The notes beneath the pieces were generated by a model. The model saw only the letters and a list, made by a program, of their open reading frames with translations, did no database searches and was not told where the DNA came from. Below, in pieces: positions 54,898-64,000 of a stretch of 64,000 nucleotides of DNA. This DNA is from an uncultured Rhodospirillaceae bacterium (GTDB lineage: Bacteria; Pseudomonadota; Alphaproteobacteria; GCA-2731375). Each line of letters starts with the position of its first letter. The first letter of the stretch is position 1. The stretch lies in NCBI GenBank assembly GCA_964590195.1, contig CAZPWJ010000001.1:89686-153685 (forward strand). Direction: 5' to 3'. Position numbers and translations under genes: made by a program.

Positions 54898-55533
54898 ATG
54901 ATTTACGAACTGCGCACCTACACCATGAAACCCGGTACGGCGGCCCAGGCGGCGGCCCATTCAGCCACCGTGGGCCGGGATGTCCGCGGCGACGAATACG
55001 GCAGGCTGGAAGGTTATTGGATGACCGAGATCGGGCCGTTGAACCAGGTCATGCATCTGTGGAGCTATGCCGACCTCAACGAACGGGCCCGCCTGCGTGC
55101 CGCGCTATCGACCAACGAACGCTGGAACAAGGAATACCTGCCGGCGATGCGGCCCAACCTGCTGCGCCAGGATATTCGCCTGTTGAACTGTGTTATCGGC
55201 CCGAACGCGCCCGAGAGCGAGGGCAATCTGTACGAATTCAGAAACTATCGCCTGCGCCCCGGCGCCATGAAGGAATGGCTGGGCCTGTTCATGGATGCCC
55301 TGCCCGCGCGGGAGAAATATTCCCGCATCGTCGGTCTGTGGTCGACCGAGGCCGGACAGCCCAACGAGGTCTGCCATATCTGGTCCTATCCAAGTTTCGA
55401 GGCCCGCCTGGAGGTCCGGGGCAAGGTGGCGGAAGATCCGGCCTGGCAGGCTTTTCTGCCCAAGGCGGGTGGGCTGATCGAGGAAATGCATTCCACCCTG
55501 ATGTTGCCCGCGCAGCATTCGAAATTGCAATAA
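54898..55533 (+). CDS. NIPSNAP-family protein (two tandem NIPSNAP/dimeric alpha+beta-barrel domains)
   Basis: MIYELRTYTMKPG… and a second repeat …LYEFRNYRLRPGAMKEW…. Confidence 0.75.
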   Translation: MIYELRTYTMKPGTAAQAAAHSATVGRDVRGDEYGRLEGYWMTEIGPLNQVMHLWSYADLNERARLRAALSTNERWNKEYLPAMRPNLLRQDIRLLNCVIGPNAPESEGNLYEFRNYRLRPGAMKEWLGLFMDALPAREKYSRIVGLWSTEAGQPNEVCHIWSYPSFEARLEVRGKVAEDPAWQAFLPKAGGLIEEMHSTLMLPAQHSKLQ

Positions 55534-55616
55534 CGAAAGTCAGTTTATCTTAAGCCTTGACGGTGGGCCATCCGTGGTACCATCGGGCAATTATTTTCAA
55601 AGGAAAGAACAGCAAC

Positions 55617-56321
55617 ATGGATGTCGCAGGCAAGAAAGCATTGGTATTTGGGGGAACGTCGGGGATCGGCCTGGCCACGGTGGAACAGTTGGTGGCCCTG
55701 GGCGCCAACGTGGTCGCCATAGGCCGCAGCCCGGAAAAAGCCAGCGAACTGCCGGCGGGCGTGGAATTCAGGCAGTGCGACGTACGCGACCGTGATGCGT
55801 TGGAGGCCCTGTTCGCGGACTGTGCCCCCTATGACATTCTGGTCACGGCGGCGACCGGGGGCGATCGCGCCGCCGGCCCGTTCATGGAGATGGACCTGGA
55901 CGGCTATCAGGCGTCATTCGACAAACTGTGGGGCTATGCCAATGTCGTTCGCCTGGGCGGGGGTCGGTTAAGCGAGAGCGGCGGTATTGTCCTGGTCAGC
56001 GGCTCGCCGGCGCGCAAGGCCAAACCGGGCCAGGTCGCCCTGGCCTCGGTCGGTGGCGCGGTGGAGGCTCTGGCCCGCGCGGTGGCGCCGGAAATCGTGC
56101 CCAAGCGCCTGAATGTGGTGTCGCCCGGCCTTATCAATACGAACATGTTCGGCCCGGCCAGCGAAAAGCGCGACGAAATGGTCGCGGCCAATTCGGCCAA
56201 GAATCTGATCCCGCGCGGCGGCACGGCGAACGAAGTGGCACAAGCCATCCTGTTCGTCATTCAGAACGACTTCGTCACCGGCACCACGGTCGACGTGGAC
56301 GGCGGCTGGTTGTTGTCTTAG
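55617..56321 (+). CDS. SDR-family oxidoreductase
   Basis: ALVFGGTSGIGLA Rossmann motif; about 235 aa. Confidence 0.8.
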   Translation: MDVAGKKALVFGGTSGIGLATVEQLVALGANVVAIGRSPEKASELPAGVEFRQCDVRDRDALEALFADCAPYDILVTAATGGDRAAGPFMEMDLDGYQASFDKLWGYANVVRLGGGRLSESGGIVLVSGSPARKAKPGQVALASVGGAVEALARAVAPEIVPKRLNVVSPGLINTNMFGPASEKRDEMVAANSAKNLIPRGGTANEVAQAILFVIQNDFVTGTTVDVDGGWLLS

Positions 56322-56344
56322 AGCATTTTCAGTACGGGCTAAAC

Positions 56345-56414
56345 CGCCCACGCCCCCTCCCGGCCACCCATTGATCATCGTCCCGTGGGTGGCCGGGAGG
56401 GGGCGTGGGTGGCG
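56345..56414. repeat. GC-rich perfect 23-bp-stem hairpin (CCACGCCCCCTCCCGGCCACCCA / TGGGTGGCCGGGAGGGGGCGTGG, 15-nt loop) between convergent SDR and TPP-enzyme genes; bidirectional terminator-like / REP-like
   Basis: Read directly; shares the CGCCCC(C)TCCC core with the 31507-31621 palindrome. Confidence 0.65.
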
Positions 56415-56430
56415 TGGCAACAGACAGCCG

Positions 56431-58089
56431 TCACCGCGCCTCGATCTCGTCGATGCGGGCGCTGGGCGAGATGTGATTGAGGCTGATCCGGGTCTCGATC
56501 ACGGCTGGGCCGTCGTGGGCCATGGCCTCGGCCACCACCTGTTCGACCTCGCTTTCCGCCGTGATGCAATATCCCTTGGCGCCGAAGGATTCGCCCCAGG
56601 CGGCAAAGTCAGGGTTCTGCAATGCCGTGGAGGTGACACGGCCCGGAAAGCTGCGGGCCTGATGCATCCGAATGGTGCCATAGGCGCTGTTGTTGGCGAC
56701 GAAAATCTTCAGCGGCACGCCATACTGCACCGCCGTCGCCAGCTCGTTGCCGGTCATCATGGCGCCGCCATCGCCGACGAACACCACGATCTGCCGGCCC
56801 GGCGTCGATAACCCCGCAGCCACGCCCGACGGCACACCCGGCCCCATAGCCCCAACAGTGGCGCCAATGAACATGTTCTCCTGACCCAGATGAAGATATC
56901 GCGCCGGCCAGCTGGAAAAATTGCCGGCGTCCGTGGTGACGACCGCATCCTTGTCCAAATGGTTGTTAATGGCGGCGACCACATGGCCAAAGACCACGCC
57001 GTCATTGGCCGACACAGGGCTCCAGGTCATCACCGCGCGATGCGCCGTATTCAAACGTTCGACCCAACCGGACCGCGCCGCCGAGGTTTCTTCGGGCCCC
57101 ATGGCCAGCATGGCCTTTATGAATTCATGGGGGTCGCAGCCCAAACCAAGGGCCGGCTCGAACACCCGGCCGACTTCTTCGGGGTCGGGCCAGACATGGA
57201 TCATCGGCTGTTCCGGTACAGGCGCGCGGGGGAATTTAAAACCCTGACTCATGGACGGGCCGATCCGTTCGCCCAGTATCAGCAGCAGATCGCATTCCCG
57301 CATCACATCCAGCAACTCGCCCGGCGCCCGGTTGATCAGCCTGCCAGCGCTGTTTGGATGCTGGCTGTCAAAAACATGAAAGCGTCGCTGCGGCGTCGCC
57401 ACGGGCAGCGCGAAACTTTCGGCAAATGTGGTCAGGTCGGCCAGGGCCGCCGGGCCGTGCAGCCGCCCGCCGGCGATCACCAAAGGCTGCTTGGCCGCGC
57501 GTAACATTTCGACCGCCGCCGCCGCGTCCTCCGGGGTTGGCGCTGTGACTGCCTTTTTTCTGGGGCCCAGCACCTCTGCCTCGCAAGGGCCGTAAAGCAG
57601 ATCTTCAGGCAGCACGACCACGACCGGGCCCGGCGTGCCGGCCTGGGCCACATGAAAGGCGCGGGCGATGGACTCGCTGATCCGGCTTGGCTCGATCACC
57701 TCGATGACCATCTTGGCGGTTTCCGAAAAGGCCCTGGCATAATTCATTTCCTGCAAGGCCATGCGGCCCAATTCGTCGCGCTCTGCCTGGCCAACCAGAA
57801 AGATCAACGGCTCGGCGTCGTGGTAGGCGACATGCAAGGCGATGGCGGCGTTCATGGCGCCTGGTCCCCGGCTGATGATACAGACACCGGGTTCGTTGCG
57901 CAGGCGGGCATGGGCCACGGCCATGAAACCGGCGCCGCCTTCATGGCGGCAAACCACCAGCTTCATATCGGGGAAGTCGATCAGGGCGTCGGTCAACGGC
58001 AGATAGCTTTCACCGGGCACGCAATAAGCGGTATCGACACCATGGGCCTGCAACGAGGCGGCCAGGACTTGGGCGGCGGATTTGCTCAC
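56431..58089 (-). CDS. Thiamine-pyrophosphate-dependent enzyme (ALS-like/benzoylformate-decarboxylase-like)
   Basis: TPP-binding GDG motif in VFVGDGGAMMTGNEL; ALS-like three-domain length (552 aa). Confidence 0.8.
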   Translation of the reverse strand: MSKSAAQVLAASLQAHGVDTAYCVPGESYLPLTDALIDFPDMKLVVCRHEGGAGFMAVAHARLRNEPGVCIISRGPGAMNAAIALHVAYHDAEPLIFLVGQAERDELGRMALQEMNYARAFSETAKMVIEVIEPSRISESIARAFHVAQAGTPGPVVVVLPEDLLYGPCEAEVLGPRKKAVTAPTPEDAAAAVEMLRAAKQPLVIAGGRLHGPAALADLTTFAESFALPVATPQRRFHVFDSQHPNSAGRLINRAPGELLDVMRECDLLLILGERIGPSMSQGFKFPRAPVPEQPMIHVWPDPEEVGRVFEPALGLGCDPHEFIKAMLAMGPEETSAARSGWVERLNTAHRAVMTWSPVSANDGVVFGHVVAAINNHLDKDAVVTTDAGNFSSWPARYLHLGQENMFIGATVGAMGPGVPSGVAAGLSTPGRQIVVFVGDGGAMMTGNELATAVQYGVPLKIFVANNSAYGTIRMHQARSFPGRVTSTALQNPDFAAWGESFGAKGYCITAESEVEQVVAEAMAHDGPAVIETRISLNHISPSARIDEIEAR

Positions 58090-58112
58090 GGGCGGTTCCT
58101 TTCGGTTCTTTT

Positions 58113-59051
58113 TCAGTTTTCGTGGCCGGCCACGACATCGCGCCAGTCGCCTTGCGGTTGCCAGCCCAGGCCATCGCGGGCATGACGGTTATCCAGCGCG
58201 GAGGCATGCGGGTCGGCCTGGTAACGCGCGGGATCGCGCAGCTCCGGGCAGGTGCCATAGACGGCGGCCATCCGTTCCAGTGTATTGACCCGGCCAATAG
58301 AGTCATCGGCGGCAAGGGTGAAGATATCGAACGGGCGCGCCTGGTAATCCAGGGCGGCGACAAAACCCCGCGCCGCATCGCGGGAGCGGACGTAGGTCCG
58401 GATCGCGGAAAGCGCGCCATAGGGCTGCACGCCATCGCCATCCAATTGCGTCGGCGGCTCGCTGTCCGGGTCGGGCAAGCGGAGCTGCGCCAGAATTTGC
58501 GCTTCCTTTTCCGGGCGGACGATCAAGGTCGGCCTCAAGCAGACAATGCTCATCGAGCCGCGCGCCACGTAATGCCGCGCCATGGTTTCGATCACCTGCT
58601 TGCTTAGGGCATAGGCGCCGATGGGGCGCAGGGGATGGGCTTCATCAATGGGCAAATAATCAGGCGCACGGTCGTGGTACAGGCCAAGCGCAGCGGTGCT
58701 GGAAGCGACCACCAGGTGGCGCACGCCCGCATCCTCGGCGGCCTGAAAGACATTCCAGGCGCCTTGCACATTGGTTGCCATATAGGCCTGTTCATTGGGC
58801 GCCTGGCCGTCGTCATAACCGGCCAGATGGATCACCGCATCCTGGCCCTGGAATGCCTTGGTCAGGGCCGGCAGATCGAGGATGTCGGCGGCAATGAAGG
58901 GGAAATCTTCGCGCGGCTGTGCGATATCCAGCGCGGTTGCCGCATGGTTTGCCCTCAGGGCCCGCATCACATGGGTACCCAGGCGCCCGCTGCCGCCGGT
59001 CACGGCCACTTTCTCGGGTCTCAAATCCGCTCTCCTCTTGTGCCCCGGCAT
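58113..59051 (-). CDS. NAD-dependent epimerase/dehydratase family protein
   Basis: VAVTGGSGRLG Rossmann motif; catalytic YALSK. Start at ATG 59049-59051. Confidence 0.8.
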   Translation of the reverse strand: MPGHKRRADLRPEKVAVTGGSGRLGTHVMRALRANHAATALDIAQPREDFPFIAADILDLPALTKAFQGQDAVIHLAGYDDGQAPNEQAYMATNVQGAWNVFQAAEDAGVRHLVVASSTAALGLYHDRAPDYLPIDEAHPLRPIGAYALSKQVIETMARHYVARGSMSIVCLRPTLIVRPEKEAQILAQLRLPDPDSEPPTQLDGDGVQPYGALSAIRTYVRSRDAARGFVAALDYQARPFDIFTLAADDSIGRVNTLERMAAVYGTCPELRDPARYQADPHASALDNRHARDGLGWQPQGDWRDVVAGHEN

Positions 59052-59155
59052 GCGCTGGGATGATAGCAATAGCACATTGCCGGCCCCGCCCAAATCCGGC
59101 AGCATGTACTGGCTTGAAATACGGGCATAAGAACAAAAGGCGAGGAGACTACGTT

Positions 59156-59884
59156 ATGGCGCCAACCAGGCCATCGGCGACGCCCGGTGCGAAGATGATG
59201 TATCTGATCAAGCGCAAGGCAACAACCACACGCGAAGAGTTGATCGCGCATTGGTTCGCCAATCACATGCCCGATGTCATTGCGCGCGCCGAACAGGCCG
59301 CCGCCGCCGGCAAGTTGCACGCGGAGCACTATGTGGCGACATTGTTCAACCCCAAACACAGTAAGTCGCAGACCTGGGATGGGGTTGCGCAGCTGTGGTA
59401 TGGCAAGCCGTTGCCCCGGCCCTATTCGGCCCACGGCATGGAACCCACCGATACCTTTCAGGAAAAGGCGGAACCTTATATGCCATGGGCAACGCGCGAG
59501 TACGTCGTCATGGACGGCGCCCTGCCCCTGAACCCACCGACCTTGAATCCCCCCTTTCCCTGCACCCGAAGCGGCTTTTTCAAGGTCACGTTTCTGGTCG
59601 GCATCAAGCAGGGCGGCGATCACGGCGCGCTGTTTGATCATTGGCTGGATGTGCATGTGCCCAACGTAACCCGGACGATGGAGGCCGTGGGCGGTTTCCG
59701 CTATGTGATCAGTCATGGTCTGGAGCCGGAGGGAGACAGCTATGCCGGCATGGCGGAACTATACTTTCCCGATGCCTCCGGTTGGGACCGCTACCGGGAA
59801 CAAATCAAACCGGATGGCATGCAGCATTTGATCGTTGATCCGGAAGTATTTTACAGCGGCACCGAAATGGTCGGGATCGCCTGA
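59156..59884 (+). CDS. EthD-domain protein (two tandem EthD/dimeric alpha+beta-barrel domains)
   Basis: MMYLIKRKATTTREELIAHWFANHMP… and a second repeat …FFKVTFLVGIKQGGDHGALFDHWLDVHVP…. Confidence 0.65.
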   Translation: MAPTRPSATPGAKMMYLIKRKATTTREELIAHWFANHMPDVIARAEQAAAAGKLHAEHYVATLFNPKHSKSQTWDGVAQLWYGKPLPRPYSAHGMEPTDTFQEKAEPYMPWATREYVVMDGALPLNPPTLNPPFPCTRSGFFKVTFLVGIKQGGDHGALFDHWLDVHVPNVTRTMEAVGGFRYVISHGLEPEGDSYAGMAELYFPDASGWDRYREQIKPDGMQHLIVDPEVFYSGTEMVGIA

Positions 59885-59893
59885 TCGCGAAGG

Positions 59894-60787
59894 TCAAAGG
59901 ATCGGCACCGGTTTGTTTCGCAGTCCCGACAACGCGTTGCCGGCGATTGCGGCCATCAGCACAGCGCCGCCCAGCAACGTAAAGACCCCCGCCGTTTCGC
60001 CCAGGAACAGCCAGACCCAGAACGGGCCCAGCACGACTTCCGTCATGGACAGAAGGGCTAGTTCCGCCGCCGGGACGGCGCGTGAACCGGTGGTATAGAT
60101 CACCATTCCCGCGCCAACCTGGAATACTCCCAAGGCGGCGGCGATCAGGACATCCCGTATCGGCAGGACCAGCGAATAGCCGGCCGATAGGCAAACCCCC
60201 GCCGCTATGACGATCGCAAAGAGGCCGGCCAGGAAAACCGTTGGCATCATATCCTCGACCTTGCGCCAGCGCAGCGTGATGGTGAAGACGGCAAACCCCA
60301 AGGCAGAGATCAGTGCCGCTATGTTGCCGGCCATATGGCCCAGCGAGATGCCTTCCCAGACCATGATGGCGATACCGGCGCTGGCGGCGACCATCGCCCA
60401 CCAGGTCGCGGTGCGCACCCGTTCGCGCAATATGAACAGGCCGAGCAACGCAGCCATGAACGGTGCCGCGGCAAACAGGAACATGGCATTGGCCACCGTC
60501 GTCTCCTGTATGGCCAGAATACCGCCCGTAAAGGCAAAGACCAGCGCCACGCCGCCGATAAGACCGGCCATGCCAACCTTGCGAACCACCTGAAACGGTT
60601 TGCCGCCCGAACGCAGCGCAATGACCAGAAGCAGAAACGGTGCCAGGAACAACGAACGGTAAAACAGGATCTGCCAGACATTGGCGGTCTCGATAAAGCG
60701 TATACCAAGGCCCATGGACGACCAGCAGACGCCGGCGAACAAAACCAGGAATACGCCGTGGCGATAGCTAGGGGTGGAAAACAGCAT
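59894..60787 (-). CDS. DMT-superfamily (EamA-like) transporter
   Basis: 10 predicted TM helices in two EamA repeats. Start at MLFSTPSYR. Confidence 0.75.
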   Translation of the reverse strand: MLFSTPSYRHGVFLVLFAGVCWSSMGLGIRFIETANVWQILFYRSLFLAPFLLLVIALRSGGKPFQVVRKVGMAGLIGGVALVFAFTGGILAIQETTVANAMFLFAAAPFMAALLGLFILRERVRTATWWAMVAASAGIAIMVWEGISLGHMAGNIAALISALGFAVFTITLRWRKVEDMMPTVFLAGLFAIVIAAGVCLSAGYSLVLPIRDVLIAAALGVFQVGAGMVIYTTGSRAVPAAELALLSMTEVVLGPFWVWLFLGETAGVFTLLGGAVLMAAIAGNALSGLRNKPVPIL

Positions 60788-60891
60788 TTCCAGGAAACCT
60801 TCCGAGCAGCGATGATCCCTACACCTTGGTGTGCTATGATCCGTTAGGAGAGGCCCATCGCCAGGATCGGGCCGGTTGAGGGGAGTAGACC

Positions 60892-62544
60892 ATGAACGGC
60901 ATCGACTACATAACGCAAATTTTGAAGCAAGAAGGCGTCGAATGGCTGTCCTGTTTCCCATCCAACCCGTTGATTTCAGCGGCGGCGCGGGAGGGTATCC
61001 GTCCCATCGCCTTTCGCCACGAGCGCGGCGCGGTCATGGCCGCCGACGGCTACAGCCGTATCAGTGACCGGCAACGCTTTGGCGTGGTCGCGGTGCAGGC
61101 CCAGGCCGGGGCGGAAAATGTCATGGGCGGGCTGTCCCAGGCCTATGCGGACAATATTCCCATTCTGGTCATGTTGGGCGGCAACAATCTGAACCAGATC
61201 TCGGTGCGGCCGAATTTCTCCGCCGTGCAGAAATACCAGGGCTGGGCCAAACAGATCGAGGCAATCTATACGCCAGATCAGGTCGGCGATGTCATGCGCC
61301 GTGCCTTTCATGCCCTGCGCAACGGCACCCCGGGCCCGGTGGTGGTGGAACTGACCGGCGATGTCTGCGCCCAAGAGGTTCCCGAAGCCGCGCAAAATTA
61401 CCAATCGCCAAAACTAGCCCGGCAGGCACCCGAGGGCGGCGACATCGCGGCGGCGGCCAAGGCCTTGCTCGACGCCAAGAAGCCAATGATCTGGGCCGGT
61501 GCCGGAGTGCTGTTCTCGGGCGCCACGGATGCCCTGCGGGAACTGGCTGAGCTAACCGCCACGCCCGTCTTCACCACGATGCCCGGCAAGTCGGCCATTG
61601 ACGAACGCCACCCCCTGGCTCTGGGCGCGGGCAGCGGCGCCACCACCCTGGCGGCGCACCGCTGGCTGACCGACAGCGATGTTTTGCTGGCCCTGGGTTC
61701 CAGCCTGACGCGCACGCCCTACGGCCAGCGGGTCAAGCCCGGCAAGTTCCTGATCCACAACTCCATCAATCCCGATGACATCAACAAGGATGAAGCGGCG
61801 GATATCGGCTTAATCGGCGACACTCTGTTGACCATCCAGGCTCTGATCGAGGCGGTTAAGGCCCAGACGGGCGGCAAGGGCGCCGAAGATAGAGCGCAAG
61901 TCGAAGGAGAGGTCGCCGCCGTCAAGGCCGAATGGATGGCGGAATGGACACCGGCCCTGACCTCGGATGACGAGCCATTGACCTATTACCGGGTCATTCA
62001 CGAAATCAATCAAAACCTGGATCTGGAAAACAGCATCGTTACCCACGATGCCGGCGCGCCGCGTGATTCCATCGTGCCGTTCCATAACGCCACCACGCCG
62101 CACAGCTTTATCGGCTGGGGCAAGACCACCCATCTTGGTTTCGGTATACCTCTGATGATCGGCGCCAAGATGGCCCAACCTGATAAATTCTGCCTCAATC
62201 TGATGGGCGACGGCGCGTTCGGCATGTCCGGCACCGACATTGAAACGGCGGCCCGCTCGGGCGCCGCCATTACCACGGTGCTACTCAACAACAGCGCCAT
62301 GGCGACCTATTCCGGCCCGACCCAGGGCGCCATCGGGCCTGAGGCGCGGGAGCGTTACGGTGTATCCCACATGCAGGGCGATTATGCCAAGATTGCCGAG
62401 GGCATGGGCGCCGTCGGCATCAAGGTCAGCAAGGTCGGCGAAATGGCGGCGGCGCTGAAGGAAGCGCAACGCCTGAACGCCGATGGCAAAACCGTGCTGA
62501 TCGACGTGGATGCCAACGTGGAAGACCGCCGCTCTAGATTTTAG
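60892..62544 (+). CDS. Thiamine-pyrophosphate-dependent enzyme (ALS-like; sulfoacetaldehyde-acetyltransferase/acetolactate-synthase superfamily)
   Basis: TPP-binding NLMGDGAFGMSG; 550 aa. Confidence 0.8.
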   Translation: MNGIDYITQILKQEGVEWLSCFPSNPLISAAAREGIRPIAFRHERGAVMAADGYSRISDRQRFGVVAVQAQAGAENVMGGLSQAYADNIPILVMLGGNNLNQISVRPNFSAVQKYQGWAKQIEAIYTPDQVGDVMRRAFHALRNGTPGPVVVELTGDVCAQEVPEAAQNYQSPKLARQAPEGGDIAAAAKALLDAKKPMIWAGAGVLFSGATDALRELAELTATPVFTTMPGKSAIDERHPLALGAGSGATTLAAHRWLTDSDVLLALGSSLTRTPYGQRVKPGKFLIHNSINPDDINKDEAADIGLIGDTLLTIQALIEAVKAQTGGKGAEDRAQVEGEVAAVKAEWMAEWTPALTSDDEPLTYYRVIHEINQNLDLENSIVTHDAGAPRDSIVPFHNATTPHSFIGWGKTTHLGFGIPLMIGAKMAQPDKFCLNLMGDGAFGMSGTDIETAARSGAAITTVLLNNSAMATYSGPTQGAIGPEARERYGVSHMQGDYAKIAEGMGAVGIKVSKVGEMAAALKEAQRLNADGKTVLIDVDANVEDRRSRF

Positions 62545-63404
62545 GTGACGACGTAGTTCGGAATGCCGCTTGAAATAGTGGTGCGCTGCATCAGGCGTTG
62601 ATGCTGCGCCGTATCGTATGCGGTGGCTCGATGTACGGTGGCCTGGTTATCCCAGACGATGACATCTCCCGCGCGCCATTCATGGCGATAGCTGTTTTCG
62701 GGCCGCGTCGCCCGCGCCAGCAGATCATCCAACAGGGCGCGGCTTTCGTCTTCCGGCCAGCCCACGACGCATTTGGCGTGAACGCCAATCATTACGGATT
62801 TTTCGCCGCCTGCCTGGTTGCTGCGCACCAGACGATGGCGGACGGGGGCCATATGGGCCAATTCCTCCGCCGTGAAGGTGAAGCCGGCCAGGCTGCGGGA
62901 ATAGGCAAAATCGTGCTCGATTTCCAGATCCTCGATCTCAGCCTTTTGCCTTTCACTGAGCGAGGCATAGGCGGCCCTGGTAGAGGCGAATTCCGTCGCG
63001 CCGCCCTCGGGCGGCACGATGCGCGCGGTCAGCACCGAACATAACGAGGGCACCGCCTTGAAGGTGCTGTCGGCGTGCCAGAACATATTGGCCTTTTGAT
63101 AGAACATACGCCGGTCATTCGCCGGAATGACCTCGCCGGATTTGATGTCCAGATTCGATTGCCGCGCGAAGGGCGTGCCCGAGCCCGGATTGACGCCCCG
63201 CGTACCTTCCAATGGCCCGAACCATTCGCTGAATTCGATCTGCTGTTCGTCGGTCATCGCCTGACCGGAAAATACCAGGACAAGATGTTCATCAAAGGCC
63301 GCCCGAATTTCCGCGAAAGCAGCTTCATCAAGCGGCTGATTGATATCGACGCCGGAGATCCGGGCGCCGAACACGGGCGATATGGGGTCAATGGTCAGGG
63401 GCAT
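62541..63404 (-). CDS. TauD/TfdA-family Fe(II)/2-oxoglutarate-dependent dioxygenase
   Basis: HADSTF (HxD) metal-binding motif; distal His in …ATVHRAT…; about 287 aa. Confidence 0.85.
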   Translation of the reverse strand: MPLTIDPISPVFGARISGVDINQPLDEAAFAEIRAAFDEHLVLVFSGQAMTDEQQIEFSEWFGPLEGTRGVNPGSGTPFARQSNLDIKSGEVIPANDRRMFYQKANMFWHADSTFKAVPSLCSVLTARIVPPEGGATEFASTRAAYASLSERQKAEIEDLEIEHDFAYSRSLAGFTFTAEELAHMAPVRHRLVRSNQAGGEKSVMIGVHAKCVVGWPEDESRALLDDLLARATRPENSYRHEWRAGDVIVWDNQATVHRATAYDTAQHQRLMQRTTISSGIPNYVVT

Positions 63405-63746
63405 GGGATCTCTTTCCGGCTAGGTGCGTGTATGGTCGGGACCGCGGGCGGCACAATTCTATCAGGATCCTGTAACAGTTCGATATTTTCCTGTTTCGAT
63501 ACCACAAGGCGGCGCCGGTTTTACCTTCGGCATCGGGCGCGCTATAGGCAAATGTTGGCAGGCTGAAGTTGACCCGGAGCGGACTCTATGAAAGTACATT
63601 GTCCATGGCGCAACTCTGCCGCTTACTTTCCATGCGCGCATTGCCCTATAAAGGCACGCTGTAAAAAGCGCCGGGCCGGTCATCCGGGCGCTGTCCACGG
63701 CGCCGACGGCCCCGCTTCGATAGGAACAACACTAGAGGTTTAACCA

Positions 63747-64000
63747 TGCGACCCAACAAGATCAAACAGATGTGGCAAGACGGTAAGCACGCGAGCCTGG
63801 GTTGGCTCTCCATATCCCATGGCTTCACGGCCGAGGTTATGGCGCGTCAGGGTTTTGACGCCCTGTGTGTCGACTTGCAGCACGGCACAAACGAAATGAG
63901 CGATGTCTGGCCCCTGCTGCAGGCAATCTCACAGACGGATACGACCCCGTTCGTGCGCGTCGCATGGAACGAGCCGGCAGCCATTATGAGGGCCCTGGAC
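63747..64000 (+). CDS. HpcH/HpaI-family aldolase (2-keto-3-deoxy-sugar-acid aldolase-like), N-terminal 84 aa; continues beyond window
   Basis: MRPNKIKQMWQDGKHASLGWLSISHGFTAEVMARQGFDALCVDLQHG… matches the N-terminus of HpcH/HpaI class II aldolases. Confidence 0.7.

Overview
This is a high-GC (roughly 63-65% by eye) chromosomal segment; the gene order looks alphaproteobacterial (dnaB-alr-radA-cvpA-purF, and rpsF-rpsR-rplI with an intervening conserved membrane protein), but that assignment is inference. Positions 1 to about 41.2 kb are a tightly packed, conserved housekeeping backbone: a 5'-truncated HlyD-type adaptor, a DsbA/FrnE oxidoreductase, an SDR, purF-cvpA-radA, mlaFE, alr-dnaB, cfa, the ribosomal cluster, fabD-fabG-acpP-fabF-mltG, yicC-gmk, a beta-carbonic anhydrase, rsmA-pdxA-surA, an MFS transporter, an orphan receiver protein, a tandem CaiB-type CoA-transferase, an FAD oxidoreductase with an MlrC-like M81 protein, rimI-tsaB, a nitroreductase, a cell-wall deacetylase/glucosaminidase pair, nfu, ada, a VOC protein, an enoyl-CoA hydratase and a second MFS. 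A tRNA-Thr(CGU) at 41478-41553 then opens about 22 kb of accessory-looking content. The first part (42.5-53 kb) is a putative glycan-modification island: two paralogous Methyltransf_24-type O-methyltransferases, an overlapping four-gene operon (D-2-hydroxyacid dehydrogenase, ALS-like TPP enzyme, Gfo/Idh/MocA oxidoreductase, CMP-sugar-type cytidylyltransferase), an arylsulfatase, a sulfotransferase, a C-N hydrolase (amidase), a small secreted protein, and a decayed remnant of the cytidylyltransferase. The second part (53-64 kb) is a catabolic-looking module: Zn-ADH, sugar-phosphate isomerase/epimerase, NIPSNAP, SDR, two more ALS-like TPP enzymes, an NAD-epimerase, an EthD tandem, a DMT exporter, a TauD/TfdA dioxygenase and an HpcH/HpaI aldolase that runs off the window. 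I saw no transposase, integrase, CRISPR array or recognisable phage or defence gene. The most noteworthy points are: (1) the DsbA/FrnE gene's only frame interruption is a TGA exactly at the first Cys of its CPWC active site, which makes it a candidate selenoprotein (or a point-mutated pseudogene). (2) The sulfotransferase/sulfatase/O-methyltransferase/CMP-synthetase island, with its gene remnant and tandem repeat scar. (3) Long GC-rich extragenic palindromes at convergent gene ends. (4) A TATAAT-hairpin-T-tract unit plus a second hairpin immediately upstream of the tRNA. (5) A 10-bp-arm operator-like palindrome upstream of the small secreted protein gene.
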